From: an uncultured Erysipelotrichaceae bacterium
Lineage (GTDB): Bacteria; Bacillota_I; Bacilli_A; RFN20; CAG-826
DNA: 64,000 nucleotides
Reading direction: 5' to 3'
NCBI GenBank assembly: GCA_947166565.1
Contig: CAMVEL010000007.1
Location: forward strand, 7,323 to 71,322
The notes beneath the pieces were generated by a model, which was not told the DNA's origin, did no database searches, and saw only the letters and a list, made by a program, of their open reading frames with translations. A program made the translations under genes and the position numbers. Of this stretch, positions 9,315-22,834 are shown one piece after another (positions within the stretch are counted from its first letter, which is position 1; every line of letters starts with the position of its first letter).

Positions 9315-12044
9315 TTAGGCCACCTCGTCTGGGGTGACCACTTCTTCAACGGCTTCTTCCTCGCCTTCGGATTCGATGACATCGTCATTATCGACGGTGC
9401 CTTCTTCGAATTCGTCTTCATCGCTCACATCAGAATGCGGGATGATGGCAACCGAAGCAACCCTGGCGCTATCTTCGACGGAGATGATCTTGACGCCCAT
9501 GGTATTGCGGGAAGCGATCTTGACCTCGGATAGAGGTGTGCGGATAACGATGCCCTTTGTCGTGACGACAAGAAGGTCTTCGTCGCCGTTGACGGCCCTG
9601 ACGATAACGAGCTTGCCGGTTTTTGGAGAAGCTTTGACGGTAATAACGCCTTTGGCACCACGTTTGGTGAGGCGGTATCCATCATAATGGCGGCCATCCT
9701 CGGTATCGGTGTCTTTGGCGTAGGAGATTTTTCCATAGCCGCGGTTAGTGAGGACAAGGATCTTGTCGCCTTCGCCTTGGACGGCGATGCCAACGATTTC
9801 GGAACCGTCGCCAAGATCCATGCCACGGACGCCGGCGGCGGTACGACCCATCGCACGGACGTCTTCTTCATGGAAGCTGACGAGTTTGCCGTTGCTTGAA
9901 GCAAGGGCGACGATATCGTTGCCGCAGGTACGTTTGACGTCGAAGAGGTCATCGCCTTCGCGTAGACCAACAGCGATCTTACCATTGGAATGGATGGAGG
10001 CGAATTCCTTTAAGGACGTGCGTTTGACGATACCATTCTTCGTAACAAAGAAGAGGTAGTTGTCTTCTGGATAATCTTCGCATGGCATGATGGCGACGAC
10101 TTTCTCATCCTTATCGAGGTTGAGGAAGTTTTGGGCCGGGACGCCTTTTCCTGTCCTACCAGAATCTGGAATCTGGTGGCCGCGTAAGCGATAAACCTTG
10201 CCCAAAGATGAGAAGAAGAGGATGTCGGTATGGGTCTTCGTGTGCTTAATGAGCCTCACGATGTCGTTGCCGACGGTCTTCATGCCGGTGACGCCGACAC
10301 CGCCGCGGTGTTGGGCGGAGAAGGTGTCGTCATCGACCCTTTTGATATAACCGTTCTTGGTAAGGGCGATGATGATGTTCTTTTGTGGGATGAGGTCCTC
10401 GTTTTCGATATCGGCGGCCGCATCGGAAATCTCCGTACGTCTCCTATCGCCAAAGCGAGATTTGATTTCCTCAAGCTCGACGATCATCTGGTCGATGATG
10501 TTGTCCCTGGAGGAAAGGAGACGGTTGTATTCGGCGATGTTCGCTTCAAGAGTGCTCTTTTCGGCGTTGAGTTTGTCTTGCTCCATACCTTGCAAACGGC
10601 GGAGGGTCATCGCAAGGATCGCGTCGCATTGAGGTTGGGTCAATCCGAATCTCCCATTCAAACGTAGCGAGGATTCCTCATCGTTTTTCGAGTCACGGAT
10701 GATGTGAATGACTTCGTCGATGTTATCGTGAGCAAGGATCAAGCCTTCGACGATGTGGAGGCGATCGGTGTCTTTCTTAAGGAGGAATTTGGTCCTTCTG
10801 GTAATAACGGAGACCTGGAATTCAACGTAGTCCTTAAGGAGAGGGATGATGCCCAAGGTCTTTGGGGCCCCATCTTCAAGGCAGAGGTTGATGATACCGA
10901 AATTGCATTGAAGGGCGGTATGCTTAAGCAAATTGTTCGCGACGACTTCGGGAATGGTGTCTTTCCTGATGTCAATTACGACACGGATCTCGCCTTTTGA
11001 TGATTCGTCGCGGATACCGGTGATGCCATCAATGACCTTATCGCGGACCAATTGACCAATGTTTTCGACAAGGGCCGATTTGTTGACTTGATAAGGGATT
11101 TCGGTGACGATGATTTGGGATTTGCCGTTATCAAGGTCATCGATATGGTATTTGGCGCGGACCGTGACGGTGCCGGTTCCGGTGGTATAGGCATCGAGGA
11201 TTCCCTGTCTTCCAAGGATAATACCGCCGCCTGGGAAATCCGGACCAAAGAGGTATTCGGTCATGATTTCCTGAGGGGTGATTTCGGGATTCTTGGCAAC
11301 CGCGATGGTCGCGTTGATCGCCTCAGTTAGGTTATGTGGAGCCATGTTGGTGGCCATACCGACCGCGATACCCTGGGACCCATTGACGAGGAGATCAGGG
11401 AAGCGAGATGGCAAAACCTCTGGTTCGACTTCGGTGCCGTCGTAGTTAGGCATGAAGTTGACGGTATCCTTATCGATATCGCGAACCATTTCGAGGGAGA
11501 GCTTGTTCATCCTGGCCTCGGTATAACGCATAGCCGCGGGTTCATCGCCGTCGATGGAACCGAAGTTTCCGTGTCCATCAACAAGGGGATAACGCAACGA
11601 GAAATTCTGCGCCATACGGGCAAGCGTTCCATATAGGGCGGAGTCGCCGTGGGGGTGATATTTACCCATGACGTCACCAACGATACGAGCGCATTTCTTA
11701 TGTGGCTTATTCGGAGTGATGCCGGCTTCGTTCATGCCATAGATAATTCTGCGTTGGACTGGTTTCAAACCATCGCGAACATCGGGGATTGCACGGGAAA
11801 CGATGACGGACATAGAGTAATCAAGGAAGGCGGTTCGGACTTCTTTGACGACATCCCTATCAATCATCTCGGGGATGATTCCGCTTTTAGCCGCCTCTTC
11901 GCCAAACATCGCATCCGCGCTTTGGGCGCCTTCGCGATTGCCGGCGACGACCGTGATGCCCTCACGGTTTTCTTCGGTTTCGGATTCTTCTTCGTTTTCC
12001 TCAGCTTCTTCTTCGAGGATATCTTTTTCTTCTTCGTTAATCAT
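9315..12044 (-). CDS. gyrA: DNA gyrase subunit A
   Basis: 909 aa. It has the catalytic Tyr region [10 protein letters not shown], the quinolone-resistance-region type sequence [10 protein letters not shown]-terminal beta-pinwheel repeats, and acidic tails at both termini. Confidence 0.95.
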   Translation of the reverse strand: MINEEEKDILEEEAEENEEESETEENREGITVVAGNREGAQSADAMFGEEAAKSGIIPEMIDRDVVKEVRTAFLDYSMSVIVSRAIPDVRDGLKPVQRRIIYGMNEAGITPNKPHKKCARIVGDVMGKYHPHGDSALYGTLARMAQNFSLRYPLVDGHGNFGSIDGDEPAAMRYTEARMNKLSLEMVRDIDKDTVNFMPNYDGTEVEPEVLPSRFPDLLVNGSQGIAVGMATNMAPHNLTEAINATIAVAKNPEITPQEIMTEYLFGPDFPGGGIILGRQGILDAYTTGTGTVTVRAKYHIDDLDNGKSQIIVTEIPYQVNKSALVENIGQLVRDKVIDGITGIRDESSKGEIRVVIDIRKDTIPEVVANNLLKHTALQCNFGIINLCLEDGAPKTLGIIPLLKDYVEFQVSVITRRTKFLLKKDTDRLHIVEGLILAHDNIDEVIHIIRDSKNDEESSLRLNGRFGLTQPQCDAILAMTLRRLQGMEQDKLNAEKSTLEANIAEYNRLLSSRDNIIDQMIVELEEIKSRFGDRRRTEISDAAADIENEDLIPQKNIIIALTKNGYIKRVDDDTFSAQHRGGVGVTGMKTVGNDIVRLIKHTKTHTDILFFSSLGKVYRLRGHQIPDSGRTGKGVPAQNFLNLDKDEKVVAIMPCEDYPEDNYLFFVTKNGIVKRTSLKEFASIHSNGKIAVGLREGDDLFDVKRTCGNDIVALASSNGKLVSFHEEDVRAMGRTAAGVRGMDLGDGSEIVGIAVQGEGDKILVLTNRGYGKISYAKDTDTEDGRHYDGYRLTKRGAKGVITVKASPKTGKLVIVRAVNGDEDLLVVTTKGIVIRTPLSEVKIASRNTMGVKIISVEDSARVASVAIIPHSDVSDEDEFEEGTVDNDDVIESEGEEEAVEEVVTPDEVA

Positions 12045-12065
12045 TCGAAAATCCCTCCTTTTTCA

Positions 12066-15212
<3,147 letters not shown>

Positions 15213-15216
<4 letters not shown>

Positions 15217-15431
15217 CTGGTAACCTCGAATCTTTGACCAAGGACCTCGACGATTTCTCCTCCTCGGAGTTTTCTACCCCTACGGTTGTCGAGCTCACCA
15301 TCGATGAGGACTTCGTTCTTTTGAAGGAAGAACTTCGCCTCGGCTCCGTTATCGATTATTGAAACGAATTTGAGGAATTGACCGAGGGTTATGTATTCGG
15401 TCGTGATTTTCACCTTCTTGATTCCGTCCAT
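15213..15431 (-). CDS. yaaA: S4-domain RNA-binding protein YaaA-like
   Basis: 72 aa with an S4 fold signature (KLRGGEIVEV). It sits in the canonical position between dnaN and recF. Confidence 0.75.
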
Positions 15432-15476
15432 AAAAGGCCCTTTCTAAGACACGGATATAGTTTACTACATAGTAGT

Positions 15477-15510
15477 AAAAAGCGCTAGGGTTTTCCTAAC
15501 GCTTTTTTAA
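15477..15510 (-). terminator. Intrinsic terminator downstream of dnaN (bidirectional type)
   Basis: aaaagcgctagggttttcctaacgctttttt: a 9-bp stem with one mismatch, flanked by an A-run and a T-run. Confidence 0.5.
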
Positions 15511-15546
15511 CTTTTTTTCTTTGGATTTTTTTAGGCTCGAGAAGGC

Positions 15547-16668
15547 TTAATAAGCATGCATTGGAGTGATTAATTCAATGGCCGAATCATCTTTGGGGTC
15601 TTTGACGACGAAAGGCCTCATTTCGGCTTGGAAGCAAATCGTGACATCCTCGGTTTTTAGAGCTTTGATGGCATCGATGACGAAAAGGGAATTGAAGGTA
15701 ACTTCCAATCTTTCGCCTTCATAGGAGAATGTTTTGATTGGCTCGTTGCCAGATCCATGGCGGTCGCTCTTAACGGAGACTTCGACATGGTCTTCGCTCA
15801 TGGAAAGTTTAACCGCGTATTCCTTATCGGCCGAAAGAACGGCGATACGGCCCATGGCGTTTAGCAATTCTTGGGAATTGACTTGGAGTTTGTAGTTGCA
15901 AACGGTTGGGATAATCGAACGGGTGACTGGATAATCTCCAGGGATAAGCCTTGTAGAAACAACGTTGCCATCGAACATAAAGAGGGCTTTCTTATCCGAG
16001 ATGAAGATCCTCGTTTCCAAGGCACCTTCCATCAAACGGACGATATCTGTGAGAATCCTAGCGGGGATATTCGTGCGGAAGGAAACGTCGCTATCGATCT
16101 TCACTGATTTCCTAGCAAGCCTCGCAGAATCCGTTGCGGTCGCGGTCAAAACACCGTCTTTGGCCTCCAAATTCAAAGCCGTTAAAATGGCCCTTTGTTC
16201 TTTGCCGGAGGCGGCGAAGGCGCTTTGGGAAACCAAATCCGCAAGTACGTTGCAAGGGATGGTGAGTTCGGTTCCGCTCGGTTCTAAGTCGATGTCTGGG
16301 TATTCGTCCGCGGAAGCGCAATTGATTCTGAATAGAGAATGCCCGTCTTCTATTTTCGCGACTGCGTTATCGACGATATCGAGGAAAACCATTTCCCCTT
16401 CCATTCTTCTGACGATTTCGGTCATCATGCGGGCGTCTACCATCGCGGAGCCACGAACCGCATTAGTAATAATCGTGCGGTCGCCTAATATGTAGGGAAC
16501 CGTTGAACGGATCGTTATTTCGTTATTGGATCCAGTAACTTCCATACCGCGTTCAGTTAGATCCAATTTAAAATTCGAAAGGACGGCTACCGGATTCTTT
16601 GGGGCGATAGCGTGGTAGGCGTTTGTTAGCGCCGCGAGGAAACGTTCTTTGTTAATCGTTAGACGCAT
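15547..16668 (-). CDS. dnaN: DNA polymerase III beta sliding clamp
   Basis: 373 aa, immediately downstream of dnaA, with a three-domain clamp-sized product. Confidence 0.9.
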   Translation of the reverse strand: MRLTINKERFLAALTNAYHAIAPKNPVAVLSNFKLDLTERGMEVTGSNNEITIRSTVPYILGDRTIITNAVRGSAMVDARMMTEIVRRMEGEMVFLDIVDNAVAKIEDGHSLFRINCASADEYPDIDLEPSGTELTIPCNVLADLVSQSAFAASGKEQRAILTALNLEAKDGVLTATATDSARLARKSVKIDSDVSFRTNIPARILTDIVRLMEGALETRIFISDKKALFMFDGNVVSTRLIPGDYPVTRSIIPTVCNYKLQVNSQELLNAMGRIAVLSADKEYAVKLSMSEDHVEVSVKSDRHGSGNEPIKTFSYEGERLEVTFNSLFVIDAIKALKTEDVTICFQAEMRPFVVKDPKDDSAIELITPMHAY

Positions 16669-16809
16669 AATTAATTCCTTTCATTCAAATTCTTTTTTCT
16701 TTTAATAGAGTTAAGCGGTGTGGATTGTGTGGATAACTCGCCGTTTGGCTGTTCCTTATGATACCACCTTCCGCATTGGATTCATATCCTTTTATTTAAT
16801 AAATAAACC
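16669..16809. promoter_or_regulatory. oriC segment between dnaA and dnaN, with DnaA boxes and an AT-rich unwinding element
   Basis: It contains tgtggataa (a perfect reverse complement of TTATCCACA) at about 16733-16741, plus tgtggattg and ttggataat variants. An AT-rich tract (cttttatttaataaataaaccttatttggataatttgttttttatc) lies at about 16770-16815. Confidence 0.7.
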
Positions 16810-18177
16810 TTATTTGGATAATTTGTTTTTTATCTCGTTTATGGCTGTCCCCATATCCGGGTCGTTTTTCAACTCTCTTTCCACTTTCGAGATACCGCTC
16901 AAGACGGTGGAATGATCCTTACCGCCAAATGCTTGACCTATCTTAATCAAGGGTGTTCCGAGCATTTCCCTATCGAGATACATAGCGATATGACGGGCCA
17001 TGGCCACGCGGCTTGTGCGTATCTTGCCGGTGATTTGGGATGGGGTTAATGAATAGTAATTAGCCACTGCAGCAATAATCTTGTTTTCCGTCAATTCATC
17101 CTGGCTTTCGTGAGCTTCTATCAAAGACCTTATAGCTTCCGAAACGACGCTCATGGTGATGTGCTTTGTTGGCTTGATGTTGATCGTGTAGAAGACCAAT
17201 CTCGTTAATGCACCCTCGAGATCCCTTACGTTGGAACAGAACTTCCTAGCGAGGAAGGAAATGACTTCTTCATCGAAGTCCTTTACGTCTAACCCATGCA
17301 TGGGTATCTTCGATTTCAATATGTTCTCACTAGTTTCAAGATCCGGTTTATCAATGCTTAGGACTAAGCCCTGCGAGAACCTCGATTTGAGTCTTTCGTC
17401 AATTCCGTCTAGATTATTTGGATGCTGATCGGAGGTAATGACAACCTGCTTGTTCGCGTTGATCAACGTTTGGAAAGCATCGAAGAACATTTCCATCGTT
17501 TTGGCTTTCTGCTTCAATAGTTGAATATCGTCAATCAAAAACAAATCAACGTCTTTTCTAAAGAAATCCGTGAAGGATTTAACGCCCTTATAACCGGTCG
17601 CGTATTTCACGTATTCGTTGATGAAATCCGAAGTGGAAAGGAAGAGGACCCTGGCTCCCGGGTTTTTCTCTCTAACAGCATTGCCGATCGCTTGCAAAAG
17701 GTGGGTTTTGCCTAAACCTGGGCCAGAGTATAGAAGCAAAGGGTTATAAAGCTGACCCGGCGTGGAAGCGATCATCAAAGACGCTTGATAAGCCTCTCTA
17801 TTCGATGGTCCGACAATAAAATTGTCGAAAGTGAACTGTTTATTTAAATGCGAAGAAGTGAAATATTGAGGAATCGAATCGTCTTTTGCTTCTTGGGTTT
17901 GACTTGAAGAGGAAGAAGCCACGAATTCAGCGTGGAAATCGGTTCCGGTGACATTATGGAGAACCTCGTCGATGGTTTCCGAGAATTTAGATTTCAAAAC
18001 GGCTGCCGCAACGGGAGTTGAAACGTTTACCGTAATAACATTATTATCTACGCGTGTGGCGTCCGTGCCTGCGAAAAAGCTATCGAAAATCCTTTGTTCG
18101 ATTTTGCCTTTTAATTCCTTCAGGGTCAGTTCCCAGATTGCCTTAAGTTCAGAAATGGTTTCATTCATAATATTCAC
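16810..18177 (-). CDS. dnaA: Chromosomal replication initiator protein DnaA
   Basis: 455 aa. It has an AAA+ Walker A GPGLGKTHLL, Walker B LFLIDDIQ, and the C-terminal DNA-binding helix region (TPLIKIGQAFGGKDHSTVL). Confidence 0.95.
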   Translation of the reverse strand: MNIMNETISELKAIWELTLKELKGKIEQRIFDSFFAGTDATRVDNNVITVNVSTPVAAAVLKSKFSETIDEVLHNVTGTDFHAEFVASSSSSQTQEAKDDSIPQYFTSSHLNKQFTFDNFIVGPSNREAYQASLMIASTPGQLYNPLLLYSGPGLGKTHLLQAIGNAVREKNPGARVLFLSTSDFINEYVKYATGYKGVKSFTDFFRKDVDLFLIDDIQLLKQKAKTMEMFFDAFQTLINANKQVVITSDQHPNNLDGIDERLKSRFSQGLVLSIDKPDLETSENILKSKIPMHGLDVKDFDEEVISFLARKFCSNVRDLEGALTRLVFYTINIKPTKHITMSVVSEAIRSLIEAHESQDELTENKIIAAVANYYSLTPSQITGKIRTSRVAMARHIAMYLDREMLGTPLIKIGQAFGGKDHSTVLSGISKVERELKNDPDMGTAINEIKNKLSK

Positions 18178-18600
18178 CTCCGGTATTTTGACATTTCCAC
18201 AATAAAAAGCAACTAAAATTTTAACATCATTGATTTTTCCACAATTTAACTTATATTCGGCAAAAAATGGCCTATTTATGGAGTTTTCAACTTTTCCACA
18301 TTGTGGATTAAATGTGGTAAAAATTACCCATATTCAAACCGTTGTGGAAAACTTATTTTTGCTAGGTGTTGCCAACATAGAAAACAGCTTCTTTTACATG
18401 CTGCAAAACGAAGAAATTAGACATTTCCCACAATTATCAACAAAATGCAATCAACATGGCTGTGGGAACGCTGTTTCGAAGAGGTTTTTTGGATGGAAAA
18501 CGAGGATAAAAACAATGGGGATATTTTTTGTTAATCTTTCGGATTTCCCATCTCCAAATTCTTTCGATGCCGAAATTGGTGTTTTTTGGTGTTGTTTGCC
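18178..18600. promoter_or_regulatory. oriC DnaA-box cluster upstream of dnaA
   Basis: At least seven 9-mers of the form TTTTCCACA or TTTCCCACA occur in both orientations, at about 18193, 18234, 18291, 18301, 18339, 18424 and 18459. They are variants of the TTATCCACA DnaA box in an AT-rich context. Confidence 0.7.
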
Positions 18601-18620
18601 CGCGGTCGCGCCCGTATAAT
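18592..18620 (+). promoter_or_regulatory. Putative sigma-A promoter of rpmH
   Basis: -35 TTGTTT (18592-18597), a 17-nt spacer, and -10 TATAAT (18615-18620), about 30 nt upstream of the rpmH ATG with SD AGGAGAG. Confidence 0.5.
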
Positions 18621-18652
18621 ATGCAACGCATCTCAGAAAGGAGAGATTAGCC

Positions 18653-18790
18653 ATGGGAAAGAAAACATACCAACCCTCCAAAGTGAAACACGCTCACAAA
18701 GCCGGATTCCGTGCTCGCATGAAAACTCATTCCGGTAGAAAGATCTTGGCCAAACGTCGCGCCAAGGGACGCGTTCGCCTCGCCGCCTAA
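18653..18790 (+). CDS. rpmH: 50S ribosomal protein L34
   Basis: The 45-aa ORF translates to [45 protein letters not shown]. It is below the ORF-track size cutoff. It sits in the canonical position before rnpA, with SD aaaggagag 7 nt upstream. Confidence 0.9.
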   Translation: MGKKTYQPSKVKHAHKAGFRARMKTHSGRKILAKRRAKGRVRLAA

Positions 18791-18802
18791 GGCGTTTTCC
18801 TT

Positions 18803-19150
18803 TTGCCTATGAAGCGAGAACTCAGGGTTAGAAAACACCAAGAATTCGATCGCATCATAAAAGGCGGGAAGAAGATCAAATCCCCCCATTTCAGCTTTTA
18901 TTACGTCGAGGCAGACCCTGCCCAAAAACACTCAAGAATCGGATTGGCCGTATCTAAAGCCAACGGGAAAGCCATCAAAAGAACCCGTATAAAAAGACAA
19001 GTACGCGCCATGCTCACTAAGCGAAATGATTATGGGGATCCGATCGATCTCATCATCGTGATTCGCCCTTCCTACTCGGAAGAGGCGTTTCACGGAAACG
19101 AGGCCGAATTGAACGAATGCCTCAACAAAATCAAGGAATTACTACATTGA
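18803..19150 (+). CDS. rnpA: Ribonuclease P protein component
   Basis: 115 aa, basic, in the canonical position after rpmH. It has the RNR-like motif region (KANGKAIKRTRIKRQVRA). Confidence 0.85.
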   Translation: MPMKRELRVRKHQEFDRIIKGGKKIKSPHFSFYYVEADPAQKHSRIGLAVSKANGKAIKRTRIKRQVRAMLTKRNDYGDPIDLIIVIRPSYSEEAFHGNEAELNECLNKIKELLH

Positions 19151-20829
19151 AACACTCATCGCATAAAAAGTTGTTTGGGGTCCTTGGCATTGGCTTAGGT
19201 CTGATACTTCTTTCAGGTTGCACCGCGAATTTCTGCTCGGAAGATGATAAAGCCCAAATGGCTTATCCTTATGAACAAGGGGTTACGGTTTACTGCACCA
19301 AGGAAGAATATGATTCTTTTAAGGAAGCCAACAAAGAGCTCATTGCCCTAGAGGAAACCCAGAACATCGCCGGTAAGGCAATCGATGGCAACGATAACGT
19401 TTATAGCTATGTCCCTTATAAGGTAGATAGCAACGGGCGTGCCATTTTTTCCGCCGCCAAAGCGAAGAATCTTCAAGATGCCGTTTTGGAAAACGCCTAT
19501 AAATCCGGATATAACCTACCATCTGTAAAATATTGGGCGGAAATAGATAAATACGTTCTTGAAGCGGCTATGTATATGGCAGAACTTCAACAAAATAACG
19601 TTGTTCCGAAATTTAACGTTGAAGATGCAACGAATGTCGCGACCCCCGCTTTTAAAGCCGCGGTCGTCGTTGCCGATCCAACCGAATCCAAATGGTCTAT
19701 TAACCCATATACCAAATCAGATTCGGATATTATCAACGATGAATCGGCGATTCTTCGCAAATCCGTACTCCGTAATTTCGGCCATGTTAAATTCTCCGGG
19801 AAGGATTCCAAATTCTTCGAAAACATCAAATTCTGGAGAAATAAGCTCTATGGCGATTTAGGAAGGGATAACGTTCCCACCGAAGATTTCCAAACACTAT
19901 ATGTGAATACAATCGGGAATCGAGTTCAAAACAACCGTTCCTGCATCGCGACCAAAGACGGCTATTATGGCCATTATGGAACGAACGCGAACTGGGAAGT
20001 TGCGATTTCTAGGAAAGACTGGGGATATGCCTGGAGCAAAGGGTTCCTTGAAGGCTTGTTGATTTTCCCTGTTTCCTGGTTAGTCGATACCTTCGCTTTC
20101 TCCTTCGATGCCAATTTGACTGGATTCGGTCAGATTTGGGCGTTGATTCTTGTTACCCTTATCGTTCGTCTTTTGTTGCTTGGAATCGGATTCCGCTCCA
20201 CCTTATCGCAGCAGAAGATGCAGGCCTTAAAACCTGAATTGGATAAGATTCAAGCCAAATATCCTAACGCGAATACCAACCAAGCCGAAAAAGCACGCCT
20301 AGGACAAGAACAGATGGCCCTTTATCGCCGCAACGGCATTCACCCGTTTGGATCGATGCTTATCATGATTGTCCAATTCCCTGTCTTTATCTGCGTGTGG
20401 GCTGGTTTACAAGGTTCCGCCGCATTATCCACAGGCCAAATCTTCAATATGCGTCTATCCGATAACATCAACAACATCCTCTTTAACGTCAGTGGGGCGT
20501 GGTATACGAACGTCAATGGCTGGTGGACGGCTCTTGTCCTCTTCATCTTGATGGCTACGGTCCAGATTTTCTCGATCATCTTGCCGCGCATCATTCAAAA
20601 GAGGGCCTCCAAGAAAGTTGCGAAGACAAGCGTGAATCCTAACGCTAACGATCAACAAAGACAAATGAGGCTCATTTCCTACATGATGGTTGGCTTCACG
20701 GTTATCATGGGCTTTATGTTACCGTCCGCTATGGGCGTCTATTGGTTAATTTCTGGTCTTATCTCCATGATTCAAACCCTTATCATGCAGACATTGCTAG
20801 CTAGAAAACCAAAGCAAAGGAGAAAATAG
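19117..20829 (+). CDS. yidC: Membrane protein insertase YidC/Oxa1 family, a lipoprotein with a ~300-aa N-terminal extracytoplasmic extension
   Basis: The C-terminal 240 aa are the YidC core: TM helices and the conserved arginine region (QQKMQALKPELDKIQAKY ... GIHPFGSMLIMIVQFPVFI). A lipoprotein signal KHSSHKKLFGVLGIGLGLILLSGC is present. The more likely start is the in-frame TTG at 19147 rather than the ATG at 19117, which overlaps rnpA by 34 nt. Confidence 0.85.
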   Translation: MPQQNQGITTLKHSSHKKLFGVLGIGLGLILLSGCTANFCSEDDKAQMAYPYEQGVTVYCTKEEYDSFKEANKELIALEETQNIAGKAIDGNDNVYSYVPYKVDSNGRAIFSAAKAKNLQDAVLENAYKSGYNLPSVKYWAEIDKYVLEAAMYMAELQQNNVVPKFNVEDATNVATPAFKAAVVVADPTESKWSINPYTKSDSDIINDESAILRKSVLRNFGHVKFSGKDSKFFENIKFWRNKLYGDLGRDNVPTEDFQTLYVNTIGNRVQNNRSCIATKDGYYGHYGTNANWEVAISRKDWGYAWSKGFLEGLLIFPVSWLVDTFAFSFDANLTGFGQIWALILVTLIVRLLLLGIGFRSTLSQQKMQALKPELDKIQAKYPNANTNQAEKARLGQEQMALYRRNGIHPFGSMLIMIVQFPVFICVWAGLQGSAALSTGQIFNMRLSDNINNILFNVSGAWYTNVNGWWTALVLFILMATVQIFSIILPRIIQKRASKKVAKTSVNPNANDQQRQMRLISYMMVGFTVIMGFMLPSAMGVYWLISGLISMIQTLIMQTLLARKPKQRRK

Positions 20830-20832
20830 TAT

Positions 20833-21438
20833 ATGAAAGAGTTTACAGCCAAAACGGTTGAAGAAGCTGTCAAAAACGCTTGCGAAGAACTCGGTGTTTC
20901 TGAAAATCACCTCGTCTATCAAATCAAAGAGGAAAAGAAATCCCTCTTCAAAAAAGCTGCTACCATCGCCGTTTACGATATCGAAGACGCGAGGATTTAT
21001 GCGGAAGAATACCTCAAAAACGCCATCACCCCTATGGGAATTGACGTTGAGACCTCTTCCATCGTCGAAGACGAAATCATTAAGGTCGTCCTTGATTCCG
21101 ACCATAACCCAATTCTTATCGGAAAAGGCGGAAGAACGCTACAGGCCCTCAACGAATTGACCAAACTCGCCGTTTCCAACAAGTTCCGTAAGAGATATCG
21201 TGTTCTCCTTGATGTCGCTGATTACAAGACCGACAAATACGAAAAAGTCACCCGCATCGCCATCAGGGTTGCCAAAGAAGTCCGCCGCACCAAAGTTGAT
21301 GCCGAACTTGATCCGATGACTCCAGACGAAAGACGCGTGGTTCACAACGCTCTTTCCTCCTTCAGAGGCGTCAGGACCGAATCCATTGGCGAAGGCAACA
21401 ATCGCCACGTCTGTGTCCGTTACGACGGAGACCGCTAA
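20833..21438 (+). CDS. jag: Jag/KhpB RNA-binding protein (KH and R3H domains)
   Basis: 201 aa, in the canonical position after yidC. It has a KH-like GKGGRTLQALNELTKL and a C-terminal R3H (ERRVVHNALSSFRGVRTESIGEG). Confidence 0.8.
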   Translation: MKEFTAKTVEEAVKNACEELGVSENHLVYQIKEEKKSLFKKAATIAVYDIEDARIYAEEYLKNAITPMGIDVETSSIVEDEIIKVVLDSDHNPILIGKGGRTLQALNELTKLAVSNKFRKRYRVLLDVADYKTDKYEKVTRIAIRVAKEVRRTKVDAELDPMTPDERRVVHNALSSFRGVRTESIGEGNNRHVCVRYDGDR

Positions 21439-21507
21439 ATAATCCCCTTTGGATTGATGAAGTCCAAAGGGTTTTTTCTTGATTGAATCGCGTATAATTT
21501 ACCTGCT

Positions 21508-22830
21508 ATGGAACCTATCATCGCTTTAGCTACACCCCCATTAAAAAGTGCGCTTGCCCTAATTCGTCTTTCTGGTGATGGGGTTTTTGAAGCGGTTGCT
21601 AAATCTATGCGTAAAGACCCGGAAAACTTTTCTAAAAAGAAGATATGGGTTGGCTATTTGTACCATGAAGAGGAAATCATAGACGAAGTCGTTGCCTTCG
21701 TTTACCCTGCTCCAAATTCCTTTACGGGAGAGGACGTGGTCGAGATTTCGTCACATGGATCGATGATCATCGTTAAAGAGATCCTCACGCATTTCTATGC
21801 GCTCGGCATCAGACAAGCCGTTAACGGAGAGTTCTCTTCGCGCGCGTTTTATAATGGTAAGGTTGATTTGGTCGAAGCCGAAGCGATCAACGACATGATT
21901 AACGCGACTACGAAGGAATCTAAGAACTTGGCCCTTCTTTCCCTAAAGGGAGACACCTGTAAACTAATATTCCCTATCTTAAATTGGATAGATGAGACTT
22001 TGGCTACGCTTGAAGTGAATATAGATTATCCGGAATACACCGATATTGAAGAAACCAATTTCAAAGAAATCAAAGCCCAAATAGAAGAGAAAATATCCGA
22101 TCTTAAAAAACTCATAAAAGAAGGCAATCAAGGCAAAATAATAAGAAACGGTATCAAAATTGCTCTTATTGGAGAACCAAACGTTGGGAAGAGTTCGCTT
22201 CTCAATGCTTTGCTAAACGAAGACAAGGCAATCGTTTCCCATATTCCCGGCACCACAAGAGATGTTGTTGAAGGAGATCTTTCCTTAAACGGGATACCTT
22301 TGCACCTTCTTGATACCGCAGGTATCAGGGAATCTGATGATTACGTCGAGACCCTTGGTATTTTAAAAAGCCGCAAATCCATTGAGGAGGCCGATTTGAT
22401 TATTTGGCTAAGCGATGCCTCCAATAAAGAAGAAAACCAAAAGGCCTTTGAAGAGGTTTGCAAGGGTAAAAAACTAATACATGTCTTCAACAAATCCGAT
22501 TTAATTGAAGGAAAAGATGACGGGAAATTATATGTTTCCGCAGCCAAGAACGACATCGAGCCTTTGAAGAAGGCCATTATCGATATCCTCGGCCTTGATG
22601 ATAGCTCTTTCGAAACGCCAAGTTTCTCTAACGCTAGGGAGCTTTCTCTTTTGGAGAAAATCAAAATAACTTTGGAAGAATGCAAAGACTCTATTGAGAA
22701 TGGAATGACAAGCGATTTGATTTCCGCTTCGTTGCAAGAAGCGAGACTATACGGGAAAGAACTTATCGGTCAGGATGTATCCATGGATTTAAGCGATGAG
22801 ATTTTTTCTCGCTTCTGCGTAGGAAAATAA
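21508..22830 (+). CDS. mnmE: tRNA modification GTPase MnmE
   Basis: 440 aa. It has G-domain motifs GEPNVGKSSLLNAL, DTAGIRE and NKSD, and the C-terminal CxGK motif (FCVGK). Confidence 0.9.
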   Translation: MEPIIALATPPLKSALALIRLSGDGVFEAVAKSMRKDPENFSKKKIWVGYLYHEEEIIDEVVAFVYPAPNSFTGEDVVEISSHGSMIIVKEILTHFYALGIRQAVNGEFSSRAFYNGKVDLVEAEAINDMINATTKESKNLALLSLKGDTCKLIFPILNWIDETLATLEVNIDYPEYTDIEETNFKEIKAQIEEKISDLKKLIKEGNQGKIIRNGIKIALIGEPNVGKSSLLNALLNEDKAIVSHIPGTTRDVVEGDLSLNGIPLHLLDTAGIRESDDYVETLGILKSRKSIEEADLIIWLSDASNKEENQKAFEEVCKGKKLIHVFNKSDLIEGKDDGKLYVSAAKNDIEPLKKAIIDILGLDDSSFETPSFSNARELSLLEKIKITLEECKDSIENGMTSDLISASLQEARLYGKELIGQDVSMDLSDEIFSRFCVGK

Positions 22831-22834
22831 AGAG

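Noticed and set aside
15965-16495. 176-aa + strand ORF
   Set aside because: It is an antisense shadow within dnaN.
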